A stretch of 64,000 nt of DNA from assembly GCA_040285825.1 (NCBI GenBank), contig JAUPSS010000002.1, positions 1,364,001 through 1,428,000 of the forward strand. The letters are read 5' to 3'. A model generated the notes under the pieces. That model ran no database searches. It saw only the letters and a list, made by a program, of their open reading frames with translations, and was not told the DNA's origin. Every line of letters begins with the position of its first letter. Positions within the stretch are counted from its first letter, which is position 1. A program made the translations under genes and the position numbers. The DNA is from Eukaryota sp. TZLM1-RC. Taxonomy: Eukaryota; Protista; Metamonada: BaSk clade. Positions 23,501-33,205 of this stretch are shown piece after piece.

Positions 23501-26500
23501 GAACACCATTTTCAAGTTTTCTATTGAAATCTCTATCAGAAAGTTTAACAATATCAAAACCAATTTCCTTAAAAGTATTGCGAACCCATCTATTGGCCTG
23601 ACCTTGAGGATCAATCATTAAAGGCCAACGTTTGGCCCTGCTCATAATGATAGCATTCTCGATGGAAAGGGAGTCGGAGGGAAGGCCGTCGACTAACCAA
23701 GCTCTGATCAGGACAGGATCTCCAAGGGTGTTAATCAGTGAAAAATCTTCAGAAAAAGGAATTTTTCGATCCAAAAGTGCATCCTTCCATTCTTTAGCCA
23801 TTGCCTCTCTAAAATCAGCTGTAAACGTACCTAAATAAGCCACATAACCAGCAGAGAGCAAGACATCACCCACAAGATTTGTTTCCTTCTGCTCAAATGA
23901 AGAAACAGTGGCTTCCCATCGTTCTTTTTCCGAAACCAAAGAATCCAACAAACGACCTGCTCTTTGCATTTTAGCTTGAGAAACCTCAACGTTCTTCTGA
24001 AGGGCTTCCTTTGTTGAAAGTTTTTCATTCAAATCATTTTCCAACTTACTAATTCTATCTTCAACTTCCTGTAATTCTGCCTTCTTTGCTGCTAAAGCCT
24101 TTTCAGTGACCGCTAGTTCAGATTTAGCCTCAGCAAGCTTAATTCTTTTGGGTTCAACTGTTTTGAAAACAATATTATACTTGTAACAAGCGATTACCCA
24201 TTGGCACATTGACTTACAAGCCTCAGAAACTTTTTGAATAATTTCAGGACTAAAGTTAGGATCATCAATAAAAGGTTTGATTGCTTTAATAATATTGGGT
24301 GATATTTCTTCAGCATTATAATCCAACAAAGAATCCATAAGTCCTCTTGCATTGGCCAAAAGACCCTTAGAAGGAGTCCAATAATCATCAATCTTTTTTC
24401 CTGGAACACCAGAAGGATCATTAATTCGTTGAGGTTTTACCCCCAGCATCACACAGATAGCCTGCATCACGAGCTTAACCCCCGCTGGTGGAGACTTGTA
24501 GTTGGCAACTTCTTGGATGGACTTAATCTTTAAGCATTGAACTGATTCTCTTGCAGCTTCCAAGATTGGGATGGCTTCGGCTAAATCAGCTTCCGCACTT
24601 TCCTTTACTTCTCTTACTTCTTCAGCTTTCTTTGTCGCTTCTGCTTCTTCTTCTGAAACAGCAGCTCTCGTCACGGCTGCACCTTCCTTATCCTTGTTGA
24701 TTCTTTCAATCATGGCATCTGTTTCAATTGATTGCTCTTGTAGTTCAGGGACTAGTTTTTCCAAATTATTTCTCAAGATATCTACTTCAGCAGACGTGTT
24801 CTCAATTGTTTTAATACCAACTTCTAATCTATGCTTTCCCTTCTTCATATCCTCACTTAAATCTTGGTAAATTATATTAAAGGTAGAGAGTAGTTCCAAA
24901 TAAGAAGTTGGAGTTACATAATTAGATCTTCTCAACTCTTCCTTATACTTTACACTCATTCTTTCTACCGATTGATGAATAATGACACACATTTCAACAA
25001 CAAATTTTCTAATTTCAGACTCCTTCTCGTCCAAAGCATTAGATTCGGCTGGAGCTAAATTCTTTGGTCGATCAATAAACTTCATTTCATTAAATGAAGA
25101 TGCAGCTACAGAATGAAGAGCCTCAGATGGCCATTCAGTAAACCAGTCAATTGTGCAACAATTAACGAGAGAAGGGAACATTCTCAACCTGGACCTGAAC
25201 GCTTCTCCAAGTGGTGACATACACAAAACCACATGAATGTTCTCACGCACTCTGGTCTTGAACTGAGCATAGAGATTAAGCTTGGTCGGAATAATGCGAA
25301 GAGATTGGCAAACGGGAACCATAGCTTGGTAAATTGAATCTAACTCATTTGTATCAAATATATTAGGAACATCACCTGAATTAAGGATATTGTTAATGTC
25401 TTCAAGGAATTCTTCAACAACAATCTGGGCATCTGTAAAGAGGAAAACAGTAGGTTTTAAATCAAGACCACAAGCAAACAAAACGCCCTTCAAATCTTCC
25501 CTGAACTGTTCTAGACCATATCCTTTGGCTACTTCAATTTGGAAAACATCATACTCGCAAATGAAGGCAGCAAGTCGTGTTAATGATTGACGTCCAGAGC
25601 CACCAACTCCAAGCAAAAGAGCATTGCCATAAGGTTGGCGTAGGACTCGAACAATACGGGTGACATGTTCAACAGCATTTTGGAACATTACAAGATTCAT
25701 TGCTTGCTGAGAAACCAAATTATAATCTTCCAAATAATCCCGAACCCTATTAATTAAGTTTTGAACAGATTTAATTTCTTCATACTTACGATTATCAGCT
25801 GAACCAGAAAGGAAGTCTCCAAAAATTAGCCTAAATGTCGAGGAAACATCATCAAAACCAAGTTCAAAATGCTGACTTACCTGCTTCTTTACTATTGCTT
25901 CAAAAGTATTTCGATCTTCATCATTAATCAACCTGTCCATAAACACCCGCTGACATTCATGTGTCCATAATCTGATTATATACTTTTGGTCTTCAACAGC
26001 TTTGGGATCTGCCATCAAAATACCTTGTATAACCTTTGAAAGATCACGTAGATTAAATGTATAGTGGGATCTAGCAGGTGTGGGTAACAAGGAAACAGAA
26101 ACCTCGCTGTAAAGGTCTACAGTGGCGGCAACTAGGGGATCCCTAATGGATTTAATTTCTTCACCAAACTCTGGTTTTGAAAGATACCAGTCAGTGATTT
26201 TTTGGAAAATGGAATTCAGAGATTTTGACGAAAGATCTACAAAGTTAAATAAATTAAAATGCCTCAACAATCTGTTCGTAACTGCATTTCTACCTCCACC
26301 AGGTGGTCCCATTGCTGTAATGAACTGAACATCAACCAACTTTCTCATGTACAAGTCCTTTCTATCATACCAGCCACCATAGTCCATGAACTGTCTGATA
26401 AGTTCAATAGGAGGTTGCGCTCCATATTTTTCAAGTTTGGGCATGTTCAAATCATCAATAAACACAATCATTTTAGTACCCAAGGGAGGACCATAGTAAA

Positions 26501-29500
26501 CAGCTCTTCTTCTCTCAATTTTGGAATCAATAATGTCTTGAGTCATATTGGCAGAAGTCTGAGCAGAAAAATTCATAAACGTAGGGGTATACTTTGAATC
26601 CATTTGATGAAGTAATAGTTCAGTGATCTGTACAGTTTTGCCCGTTCCTGTGTTACCGGTACATAGACAATGAGAACCATTTTGTGCAAGGATCTTTACC
26701 AAATATTGATAGCAAATAGATTCTGGAATAGGGACAATCATTGAACTGAAAGCAGCCTTGTCTGGGATAACGTAATCTTCTACTGTGTTGGTCCAAAGAA
26801 CCCATTGATTATTCACATCATCAAAAAGATAATCAAACAAAGTACCTTCTTGGGGTAATTGTACTGTGAGTTGGTTATTATTATAAACAAAATCTCTGAT
26901 AAAGGAGTCAAACTTAGCATGGGAAGAACGGTCAATGGTAGCTCCAAAGGACCACACTAATGAAAAAACAAATATACCGTCAATTACCTTAGGTAATCGA
27001 GCTAAATCTTCCTCTGGAACTGGTGTCACTTCATCGACTGGTTGGTATTTAAGCAAAGTAGCATCAATAATTCTAAAACACGATTGAGCAAAGTTTGAAC
27101 GTACTGCAGGTACCAGCTCTGTACATTCCTTCTTGACAAAATAATAACACTTATCAAATAATGATTCAGAAAGTAATTCTAGATGCTCGCCGAATTGTTT
27201 ACAATTCTCATACAGTGTATTTACCCAAGACTTAATAACAATAGAAGTAGGTGCTGTGCTTTTAGGATCCAAGTAAACCATACCACAACGAGAAACAGTG
27301 GCTGGAGAGGCTTGCGCTAGGTCCTCTACTTCAAACATTACTCTCATCTGCGGGGATAAGGGAATAATTTCACCAGAATTCAAACAAAGCTTCTTATTAT
27401 CATCCAAAACAGTATTCATGTTCTCAATCCAAACCGCATCAACAGGTCCATCACAAATAATCCAATTGAAATCTGGACTAGTGTCTTCTGCAGCTTTACG
27501 AATACAGTTAGCTAATACCCCATCAAACCATTCCTGAGTGTTCTTATCTCTTCCACCATAAAGCTGCTCCGAAGTAATTGATTTTGGATTGAGAATGTGA
27601 GTTTTAGTTTTTTGATAAGAAGGGTCTGTTCCAACAAGTTTCCCCAGAGCCTTTTGGAGAACCGAGACACAACAAGATTTGCCACCAGCAGTAGGACCAA
27701 CGAGCATTAGTCCATGGCGAAGAATGATGGTTTCCCATAGTTGAATTACCTTTGTTACAAAAGCAGGTTCAGGACAAAGATTGAGTTCAGTAATTGATTC
27801 TTGGATAGCAGTCATTAAAGCTCCATAATCAACCTCTTCTGGTTTAGTACCAGGAAAGAGATCAGAAATAATACCATTAAACAAAGGAATATCATCAGCC
27901 AAGAACTTTGGGACATTACAGTCCTTTAGCGACCTTAAAAGTAACAAATCTTCAGCCAAATCACCTTCAGTATTGACAGATTTTCTCAACACTCCCATTG
28001 AGACAAGAACAGTCTTGACCGCTCTCATACCGAAATCATAATGATATTGAGACGATAATTGCTCAGAGGCTAACTGGAAGGTGGATACCAACTTATTAGC
28101 CAAAGATTTTGCATTTTTAAAGCCTAATGAGTAGAGAGTAACTTCAGCAATCAATCTGTAATCAGGAATCATACATGCGACTGATCTGAACTGTGCCTTA
28201 AGATTGTCAGGAAGCTCTGTTCTTCCAGCATAACCAGGGTTCATGGTGATAAAGCAGGCAAAGTTGGTAGAGAGAGGGATTTCACTTCCCCCAAAAATAA
28301 ATCTAGACTGTTTCTGCCTGATTGCCTGATAAATAGTAGCCAACTGCTGTGCAATGACTGACAAAACTTCAATATCAATTCTATTAAACTCATCAAAGCA
28401 AGCCCAAGCCCCTGCCATAGCCAAACCCTTGAAAAATTTCTCCATTGCAAGGTAGTTTAGGCCATCAGAACAATTAAAAACAACACACTGATTAGCCAAA
28501 GCCTTTGCTAAATCCTTGGTTGTTTCAGTTTTTCCTGTACCAGCAGGACCAGCAGGAGCACCACCCATGTAAAGAGAAATTGCTCCCATTAACGTCATAT
28601 AAATTTTATCAGTCAAAGGAGTAATGACCAATCTTGGGGTGTTTCCTAGATATTCATAATTATAAGGAGCAATTGACTGAACCATTTCAACAAAAACATT
28701 CTCTTCTTGATCATCTCCTTCTCTCCAGTAATATCTTAATTGTGAGGTCCACCCAAAGTCCCCGAGACCAGAAACATTAGAATTGATAAGGTTCTGGGTG
28801 ACATCTCTGGCATGAACGTCGATGGTAATTAAAGCTCCAAGGGTAAGAGTATCTAATTGAGAAACTTCCCCTCGAACAATTTCAGTAATATCACTCAACT
28901 GTTTGACTAGTTTTTCGTACAACTTGTCCAAAGAATTATCCTTAATAGCAAGTTCAACTTCACTAGTCCAAACAATCATATTCACAGCCAAAATAACTTG
29001 ACCAGGGAAAGATAAAACCCATTTAGACCTTGGCATTTCATAGTATGCCTTTAAGGCTAGCTCTATTTGGTTCCGAACTGATTTCCTCATCATTGACTCA
29101 ATATCACACATCCAGTTTTCCACTAATAAAGTAGGCTTAACAGGGTCGACAAAGTCAATACACTCAGATTCAGCAGAAAACATTGCAGTCATTAGGTTAT
29201 CTTCACCTTCAAAGCGAAGTTTATGAATATTTTCAAAACATTTCTTTAAATGTGGCTGAACAGCTTGAGGATTGACTGTCTGGGATAGAATCTTGAGCAG
29301 ATCGTCATCAGAAAGGAAATAAAACCTGGCAAAAACAGCTCTCTTCGACTCTAAATACTGAGAAAGACCTTTTTGGACTTGATTTAATAAAACATTGGAG
29401 TCACAAAACTTCTTATACAAATCATTCATTTGACAATAGCTCAAAACTTCTGGGTTTTTATGAGCTTCTCCTAGTAATTTCCTCCAGGTAGTATCTACTG

Positions 29501-32500
29501 TTTGAAACCTTTTATACTCTTGGGGCAACTGTTTAACAATATCAGGAGAAGCAAAAATAGGTTCTAGATACATCCAGGCTGTTTGGACAAGTATCCACTC
29601 CTCTATGATGAGTTGGACGGACTTTAAAAGATCTTCCCACTTGGAAATACGTTCTTCGAAAGGACCCTTAAAAGGAGAAAAAGACATCGATTGAGTCATT
29701 ACGATATGATCGTCTAATTGCTGGATAATGTTATCAGCACCTCCCATAATATAAGTCCCAGTAGAACCGTGCTCTTTAATGAAGAAGGTCACTCCCTCCC
29801 ACTCAGATTCCATTTGGTCAAGAGAGCGCTCAATTGCGTACTCTTTCTGGGCCTTGGAGGTTACCTTCATTATACTTTCAGCATACTTTGGGATATCAAG
29901 TTCAAAGAATTTGGTAAGTGTAAACTCTTCATCAGGATTAAGTTCAAACCCTAAAACTTCAGAAATTTCCTCCCAATGGCGATCTCTCATTCCCGGGCTT
30001 CTCATGGCCACAATCAAAGGAACATGAGGTGAAAAGTCGTCCATCTCCTCCTTGACTTGGATGGCAATCTGTTGGCAGTCAGGAACATCCTTCAAGGCAC
30101 GAGAGACCTTGGAAATGGTTTTGTACTGGGTAGAAACTTGTTTTTCCATTGCTTCACCATCTAGAGAGAACCAGGAATCATTCATCCATTGGGCTTTACC
30201 GTGAACCCAATCATAGGTTGTCAACCAAAGATCAGAATAAGGGGCAAAATTTCTGATTGTAGAAGAGAGCTCTTGGTATTCGGATTGTTCAGAAGCAAAG
30301 AGACCTTCCCTCGAGTTAATTTCCTTTACCTTTTCTTCGGCTTGTTTTAATTGTCGCTGAACTGACTTAACTTCGGCAGCGATAGAATCGACTTCTGAGA
30401 TATCTGATTTTGAAACAAAAGAAGCAACAGTGACAGCAAGAGACTGTAAATGGCGAGAAAAGGCTTCTTTTCCCTGATCAAGTTCCTCTTTAAATTGATT
30501 CTCAAAGCTTTCAAACGCAGGAATATTGTTTGAAATCAAATCTTCTATTTGATGAGGCCAAGCAACTGCAGCCCATCTTTGCTTAAAGTCTGAATCAGAG
30601 CAGACATAATTGAAGGACTCCAAGGAATCATAGAATTTAGTCATATCGGTTACTTTTCGGTGAATGGAAGGTAATAACTTTTTGACTTCTTCAGTAAATT
30701 CTTTAAGTTCAGTTAATTGTTCAATATTTCTGGGAGGTTTTGATAATTTAATGGAAATTTCCTTTAATTGCTGACTAATTTCATCACTAATATGTCTACC
30801 ACTAGAATTGAGTAAATCTAGGGCTAATTTGGATAAAAGTTTATGTTTTTCAGAGAGGAATCTTCTTATAGGATTACAATTAATTGAGAAAGACCCTAAT
30901 TGAACAGTAGGAGCTATTTCATTCAACACATCTTCAACGGACTTCAACTGCTTTTTGACCTCCTCCACAATAACTGACCTATCCACAGTTACATTGTCGT
31001 CGTCTTCATTTGATTCAGCTTCATCTTCTTTAGGAGCGGGCCTCATTCCACATTTAATTTCCAAATCAGAAACAAAATCATCAGGATTTAATTTAATAAA
31101 ATCAGAATATTTACTGAAGACAGCAAGGTAATCCTCTAGAGGAACCATACCGATTCTTAGAGATTTTGACAACTTTTCCCTGTAATCTGAAATAGATTTT
31201 TCTGTTAAAGAAGGAGCAGTCAAGCAAGGGGCTCTGTTAGAACCATACTTAAAAAGCCCACCTAATACCCCATTCTCAATCTGTTCAATGGTATGCATAG
31301 ATTCAACAGCAGTATCAAATACCTCCAAGGGAACATTTTCAAGAGAAGTCAAGGGAATTTGATAGGACACCTTCCCTTTGCCTTCATCAACAGTCAGATC
31401 AAGCGAAAAAATAGGCATCAACCTCCCTAGTAAAGATTCCATAGATACTGGATCGAGAATAGAGATCTCAGAGGGGGAATTAATAATAATTGCAGGAGAA
31501 AGTGCATAATCCAGCCATTCCACGTAATGTTCCAGAGATGATTCAACCAAATACTTTAACGAATCTTGCATTAATAAACGAAGTCTGGTTAAAAATCTTT
31601 TCAATCTTGAAAACTTGTAAACGTCAACAGTTAAGTTTCTGATTGAATACCAGCCATGTTGTATCTGGGAAAGAAAACCACTAACCCCATTCTTTACGTT
31701 GACCACCCATTGCTCTTTTAAATACTTTGAGGTGAGGGCAAGGGCGTTGGACTGGGCTTGTTGAAATGAATCGATTGAGTGTGGTCGATTGAGAGATGTT
31801 TTGAATAGAGAATACTCGAAAATTTTGTCACATTCAATAATGGAAAGTTTCAGAGCTTCGACTACCTTAAGCTGGGTAATAAATGTCTGACTATTAAATT
31901 GATTAAACATTTCCTTATAATCATAACCAGGAATCAAAACACATCCCACTTCTGGAACTTCTGTTTCCTCATGGGGAGCAGGAAGGGGTTCAGCAGAGTC
32001 AAAGAGATAAGAAAGTGACGGATCAGAGCGGGAATGGTCAAATAAAAGCTTGTTGATTGAGAAAATGTATTCTTTTTTTATCTCATTGATTGAATTTTCC
32101 AACACTTGTTTTAAATCATTGGATTCCAAATTAAAATTGGTTAAAAGACGGGTAAGCCGAGGAATAAAGTTGAAACAAGACTCTTGAAAGTCGTCTCCAG
32201 GCATGTTCTCTATGTACATCTTATACCTTATATGAGCTTCAGCAGAACTGCGGAGGTCATGGGCATGAGCTATACGGTCTGCAAACTTGGAGGGATCGTC
32301 ACCCTTGATGTAGACAGAGAGACGGGGCAAGTCAGCTGTTTGATCAGTGTCAGAAAAACAAACAGAGAACTTATCAAGGGAAACAATAGGGGAAACAGTC
32401 CCAGAGACCCATTGGTAGGTAGACGTGGAGTTGTTATAACGGAGAGCAAGAACAGGAAGGAATGGGGTTCCAGCAGAGTCTGTGGGGGCTACAGAGATGT

Positions 32501-32825
32501 ATTCATCAAGTGTGCGCTCATCAAAGAGAGAATCATCAAAAACATCCAGAGGTAAGTATCTTTTGATTTTGGGATGGTGTTTAACGTAGCGAGACAGGAC
32601 TGTAGGAGAAGTAGGATCCTCAGATGGAGGAACAAAGCGTGATAGAACTTCATGTGGTGGTTCATTATAGAAGACCCCGCGTTCATAAAGTAGTTCTTCT
32701 ACATTCAATGATAGATAAAGTCTGCGTTTCCGTTCAATAAGAACCCTCCTAGGGACTTGACCAGAAGGTGTTTTGAAAGGTGCATAAACCTTTGGCCGGA
32801 CATGATCCGAAACAGCAGGGGACAT
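20529..32825 (-). CDS. DNAH1: Axonemal inner-arm dynein heavy chain, DNAH1-like, intronless
   Basis: 4098 aa with P-loops GPAGTGKT, GPTAGGKS, GNTGTGKT and GVGGSGRQS. N-terminal PRRVLIERKRRLY is DNAH1-like; C-terminal HWIKRGAAL. Confidence 0.9.
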   Translation of the reverse strand: MSPAVSDHVRPKVYAPFKTPSGQVPRRVLIERKRRLYLSLNVEELLYERGVFYNEPPHEVLSRFVPPSEDPTSPTVLSRYVKHHPKIKRYLPLDVFDDSLFDERTLDEYISVAPTDSAGTPFLPVLALRYNNSTSTYQWVSGTVSPIVSLDKFSVCFSDTDQTADLPRLSVYIKGDDPSKFADRIAHAHDLRSSAEAHIRYKMYIENMPGDDFQESCFNFIPRLTRLLTNFNLESNDLKQVLENSINEIKKEYIFSINKLLFDHSRSDPSLSYLFDSAEPLPAPHEETEVPEVGCVLIPGYDYKEMFNQFNSQTFITQLKVVEALKLSIIECDKIFEYSLFKTSLNRPHSIDSFQQAQSNALALTSKYLKEQWVVNVKNGVSGFLSQIQHGWYSIRNLTVDVYKFSRLKRFLTRLRLLMQDSLKYLVESSLEHYVEWLDYALSPAIIINSPSEISILDPVSMESLLGRLMPIFSLDLTVDEGKGKVSYQIPLTSLENVPLEVFDTAVESMHTIEQIENGVLGGLFKYGSNRAPCLTAPSLTEKSISDYREKLSKSLRIGMVPLEDYLAVFSKYSDFIKLNPDDFVSDLEIKCGMRPAPKEDEAESNEDDDNVTVDRSVIVEEVKKQLKSVEDVLNEIAPTVQLGSFSINCNPIRRFLSEKHKLLSKLALDLLNSSGRHISDEISQQLKEISIKLSKPPRNIEQLTELKEFTEEVKKLLPSIHRKVTDMTKFYDSLESFNYVCSDSDFKQRWAAVAWPHQIEDLISNNIPAFESFENQFKEELDQGKEAFSRHLQSLAVTVASFVSKSDISEVDSIAAEVKSVQRQLKQAEEKVKEINSREGLFASEQSEYQELSSTIRNFAPYSDLWLTTYDWVHGKAQWMNDSWFSLDGEAMEKQVSTQYKTISKVSRALKDVPDCQQIAIQVKEEMDDFSPHVPLIVAMRSPGMRDRHWEEISEVLGFELNPDEEFTLTKFFELDIPKYAESIMKVTSKAQKEYAIERSLDQMESEWEGVTFFIKEHGSTGTYIMGGADNIIQQLDDHIVMTQSMSFSPFKGPFEERISKWEDLLKSVQLIIEEWILVQTAWMYLEPIFASPDIVKQLPQEYKRFQTVDTTWRKLLGEAHKNPEVLSYCQMNDLYKKFCDSNVLLNQVQKGLSQYLESKRAVFARFYFLSDDDLLKILSQTVNPQAVQPHLKKCFENIHKLRFEGEDNLMTAMFSAESECIDFVDPVKPTLLVENWMCDIESMMRKSVRNQIELALKAYYEMPRSKWVLSFPGQVILAVNMIVWTSEVELAIKDNSLDKLYEKLVKQLSDITEIVRGEVSQLDTLTLGALITIDVHARDVTQNLINSNVSGLGDFGWTSQLRYYWREGDDQEENVFVEMVQSIAPYNYEYLGNTPRLVITPLTDKIYMTLMGAISLYMGGAPAGPAGTGKTETTKDLAKALANQCVVFNCSDGLNYLAMEKFFKGLAMAGAWACFDEFNRIDIEVLSVIAQQLATIYQAIRQKQSRFIFGGSEIPLSTNFACFITMNPGYAGRTELPDNLKAQFRSVACMIPDYRLIAEVTLYSLGFKNAKSLANKLVSTFQLASEQLSSQYHYDFGMRAVKTVLVSMGVLRKSVNTEGDLAEDLLLLRSLKDCNVPKFLADDIPLFNGIISDLFPGTKPEEVDYGALMTAIQESITELNLCPEPAFVTKVIQLWETIILRHGLMLVGPTAGGKSCCVSVLQKALGKLVGTDPSYQKTKTHILNPKSITSEQLYGGRDKNTQEWFDGVLANCIRKAAEDTSPDFNWIICDGPVDAVWIENMNTVLDDNKKLCLNSGEIIPLSPQMRVMFEVEDLAQASPATVSRCGMVYLDPKSTAPTSIVIKSWVNTLYENCKQFGEHLELLSESLFDKCYYFVKKECTELVPAVRSNFAQSCFRIIDATLLKYQPVDEVTPVPEEDLARLPKVIDGIFVFSLVWSFGATIDRSSHAKFDSFIRDFVYNNNQLTVQLPQEGTLFDYLFDDVNNQWVLWTNTVEDYVIPDKAAFSSMIVPIPESICYQYLVKILAQNGSHCLCTGNTGTGKTVQITELLLHQMDSKYTPTFMNFSAQTSANMTQDIIDSKIERRRAVYYGPPLGTKMIVFIDDLNMPKLEKYGAQPPIELIRQFMDYGGWYDRKDLYMRKLVDVQFITAMGPPGGGRNAVTNRLLRHFNLFNFVDLSSKSLNSIFQKITDWYLSKPEFGEEIKSIRDPLVAATVDLYSEVSVSLLPTPARSHYTFNLRDLSKVIQGILMADPKAVEDQKYIIRLWTHECQRVFMDRLINDEDRNTFEAIVKKQVSQHFELGFDDVSSTFRLIFGDFLSGSADNRKYEEIKSVQNLINRVRDYLEDYNLVSQQAMNLVMFQNAVEHVTRIVRVLRQPYGNALLLGVGGSGRQSLTRLAAFICEYDVFQIEVAKGYGLEQFREDLKGVLFACGLDLKPTVFLFTDAQIVVEEFLEDINNILNSGDVPNIFDTNELDSIYQAMVPVCQSLRIIPTKLNLYAQFKTRVRENIHVVLCMSPLGEAFRSRLRMFPSLVNCCTIDWFTEWPSEALHSVAASSFNEMKFIDRPKNLAPAESNALDEKESEIRKFVVEMCVIIHQSVERMSVKYKEELRRSNYVTPTSYLELLSTFNIIYQDLSEDMKKGKHRLEVGIKTIENTSAEVDILRNNLEKLVPELQEQSIETDAMIERINKDKEGAAVTRAAVSEEEAEATKKAEEVREVKESAEADLAEAIPILEAARESVQCLKIKSIQEVANYKSPPAGVKLVMQAICVMLGVKPQRINDPSGVPGKKIDDYWTPSKGLLANARGLMDSLLDYNAEEISPNIIKAIKPFIDDPNFSPEIIQKVSEACKSMCQWVIACYKYNIVFKTVEPKRIKLAEAKSELAVTEKALAAKKAELQEVEDRISKLENDLNEKLSTKEALQKNVEVSQAKMQRAGRLLDSLVSEKERWEATVSSFEQKETNLVGDVLLSAGYVAYLGTFTADFREAMAKEWKDALLDRKIPFSEDFSLINTLGDPVLIRAWLVDGLPSDSLSIENAIIMSRAKRWPLMIDPQGQANRWVRNTFKEIGFDIVKLSDRDFNRKLENGVRFGRAILLENVGEQFPPSLEPLLLRSTFKEGGTEMIRLGDQTIAYHPDFKLFITSKLPNPHYAPETSVKVTLLNFTITMAGLEDQLLSKLVVEEKPELEQMRSKLIRDNAKMAKELRQIEDDMLKVLVETSQEELLENDSAINILAHSKDMASQIKEKVKEAEITEAEINNTRLQYFPVADLSATLYFCVIDIANVDPMYQYSLQWFISLFIKGIHAAEQDEVLENRLTNLSEYLKFSLYENICRSLFERHKLLFSFLMTIRIQQKAGEIDPAEYKFFISGGPLTSFDLQNPGGWITNEMWSEISNLAQLSSFEGFDSNFIDVIDEWKKVFDSSEAHQAPFPEPWNSNLSAFQRLLVVRCIRNDKVIEAVQGYVARSLGEKFIIPPTFDLASSFRDSTNLSPLIFVLSPGADPASDLFDFADKMRMRSKLSHISLGQGQGDKAAELIAQASQQGHWVLLQNCHLASSWMPTLEAIIEQLDPDKVKPDFRLWLTSMPSKSFPVTVLQNGVKMTNEPPMGLRANLLRSYYHFSEDFLDHPMKTNAWRRLLYAVCFFHAQLLERKNFGSIGFNIPYEWNESDKKVSIQNLRSLLNTEGDIPFDALRFLIGQIAFGGRITDKADQRIVDVLLADCMDTFVVESDDHDFAKFGDFGVKDCIDYLRKMPLNTPVETFGLHSNAGISYAVNQTLKLFGNLLLVQPSTSSAVGGLTREDVVMKIATETLETLHPVYSMEKICEKFPIQYSESMNCVLQQEVLRYNKLLAVMNTSLNNLVKALKGLIVLSAELDEMANSIYNNIVPSMWSKVAYPSLKSLSFWISDLKERLAFIDKWYDEGFPPVFNISSVFFPQGFLTGVLQNFARKHVVSMDRISFSYNVIETSPKEITERPEDGCYIYGMYLEGAAWSFEENSLVESSPKELFTKFPVIHLLPVVNRVKPENGIYNCPLYKTLSRSGTLSTTGHSTNFVVNIELPTNKPEGHWIKRGAALFCALRN

Positions 32826-33205
32826 GAAATGTCAAGGCGCCGTTTAATGAAATCAAGCGATTGGGAATTTAACTTTATTATTCTCTTATTCTGAGAGAAG
32901 TACTGGAGTTCTTGAGAGTTCAGAGACGCCTTACTAGTGGCGTGGCTGTTAGTAACTTGGCTCCTACATTCATGTGTTTGTACACATCAGACATGGCACC
33001 TTTTGTATGTACCTGAAAAGTGTACTACATAACATCACTGTGTACCATGTAGTGCTACATCACCACATCTTTACTTTTTCAGCAACTGTTACGTCTTCGA
33101 CTTTGAATCATCAATTCTGAATGATTTATTATGACTGTGCTCAATGCTTCCGTTACCTGAATCACCACAATAAACATTATTTTATACGATAAACTACACA
33201 ATAAA

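Noticed and set aside
20735-32686. Many 60-120 aa ORFs overlapping dynein (and likewise the ATPase, ACSL and SLC12 genes)
   Set aside because: Antisense or alternate-frame shadows of long coding sequences, with no motifs.
33140-33165. CAGG...AGCA on the minus strand resembling SRP RNA helix 8
   Set aside because: The spacing is too short for the stem and GNRA loop.
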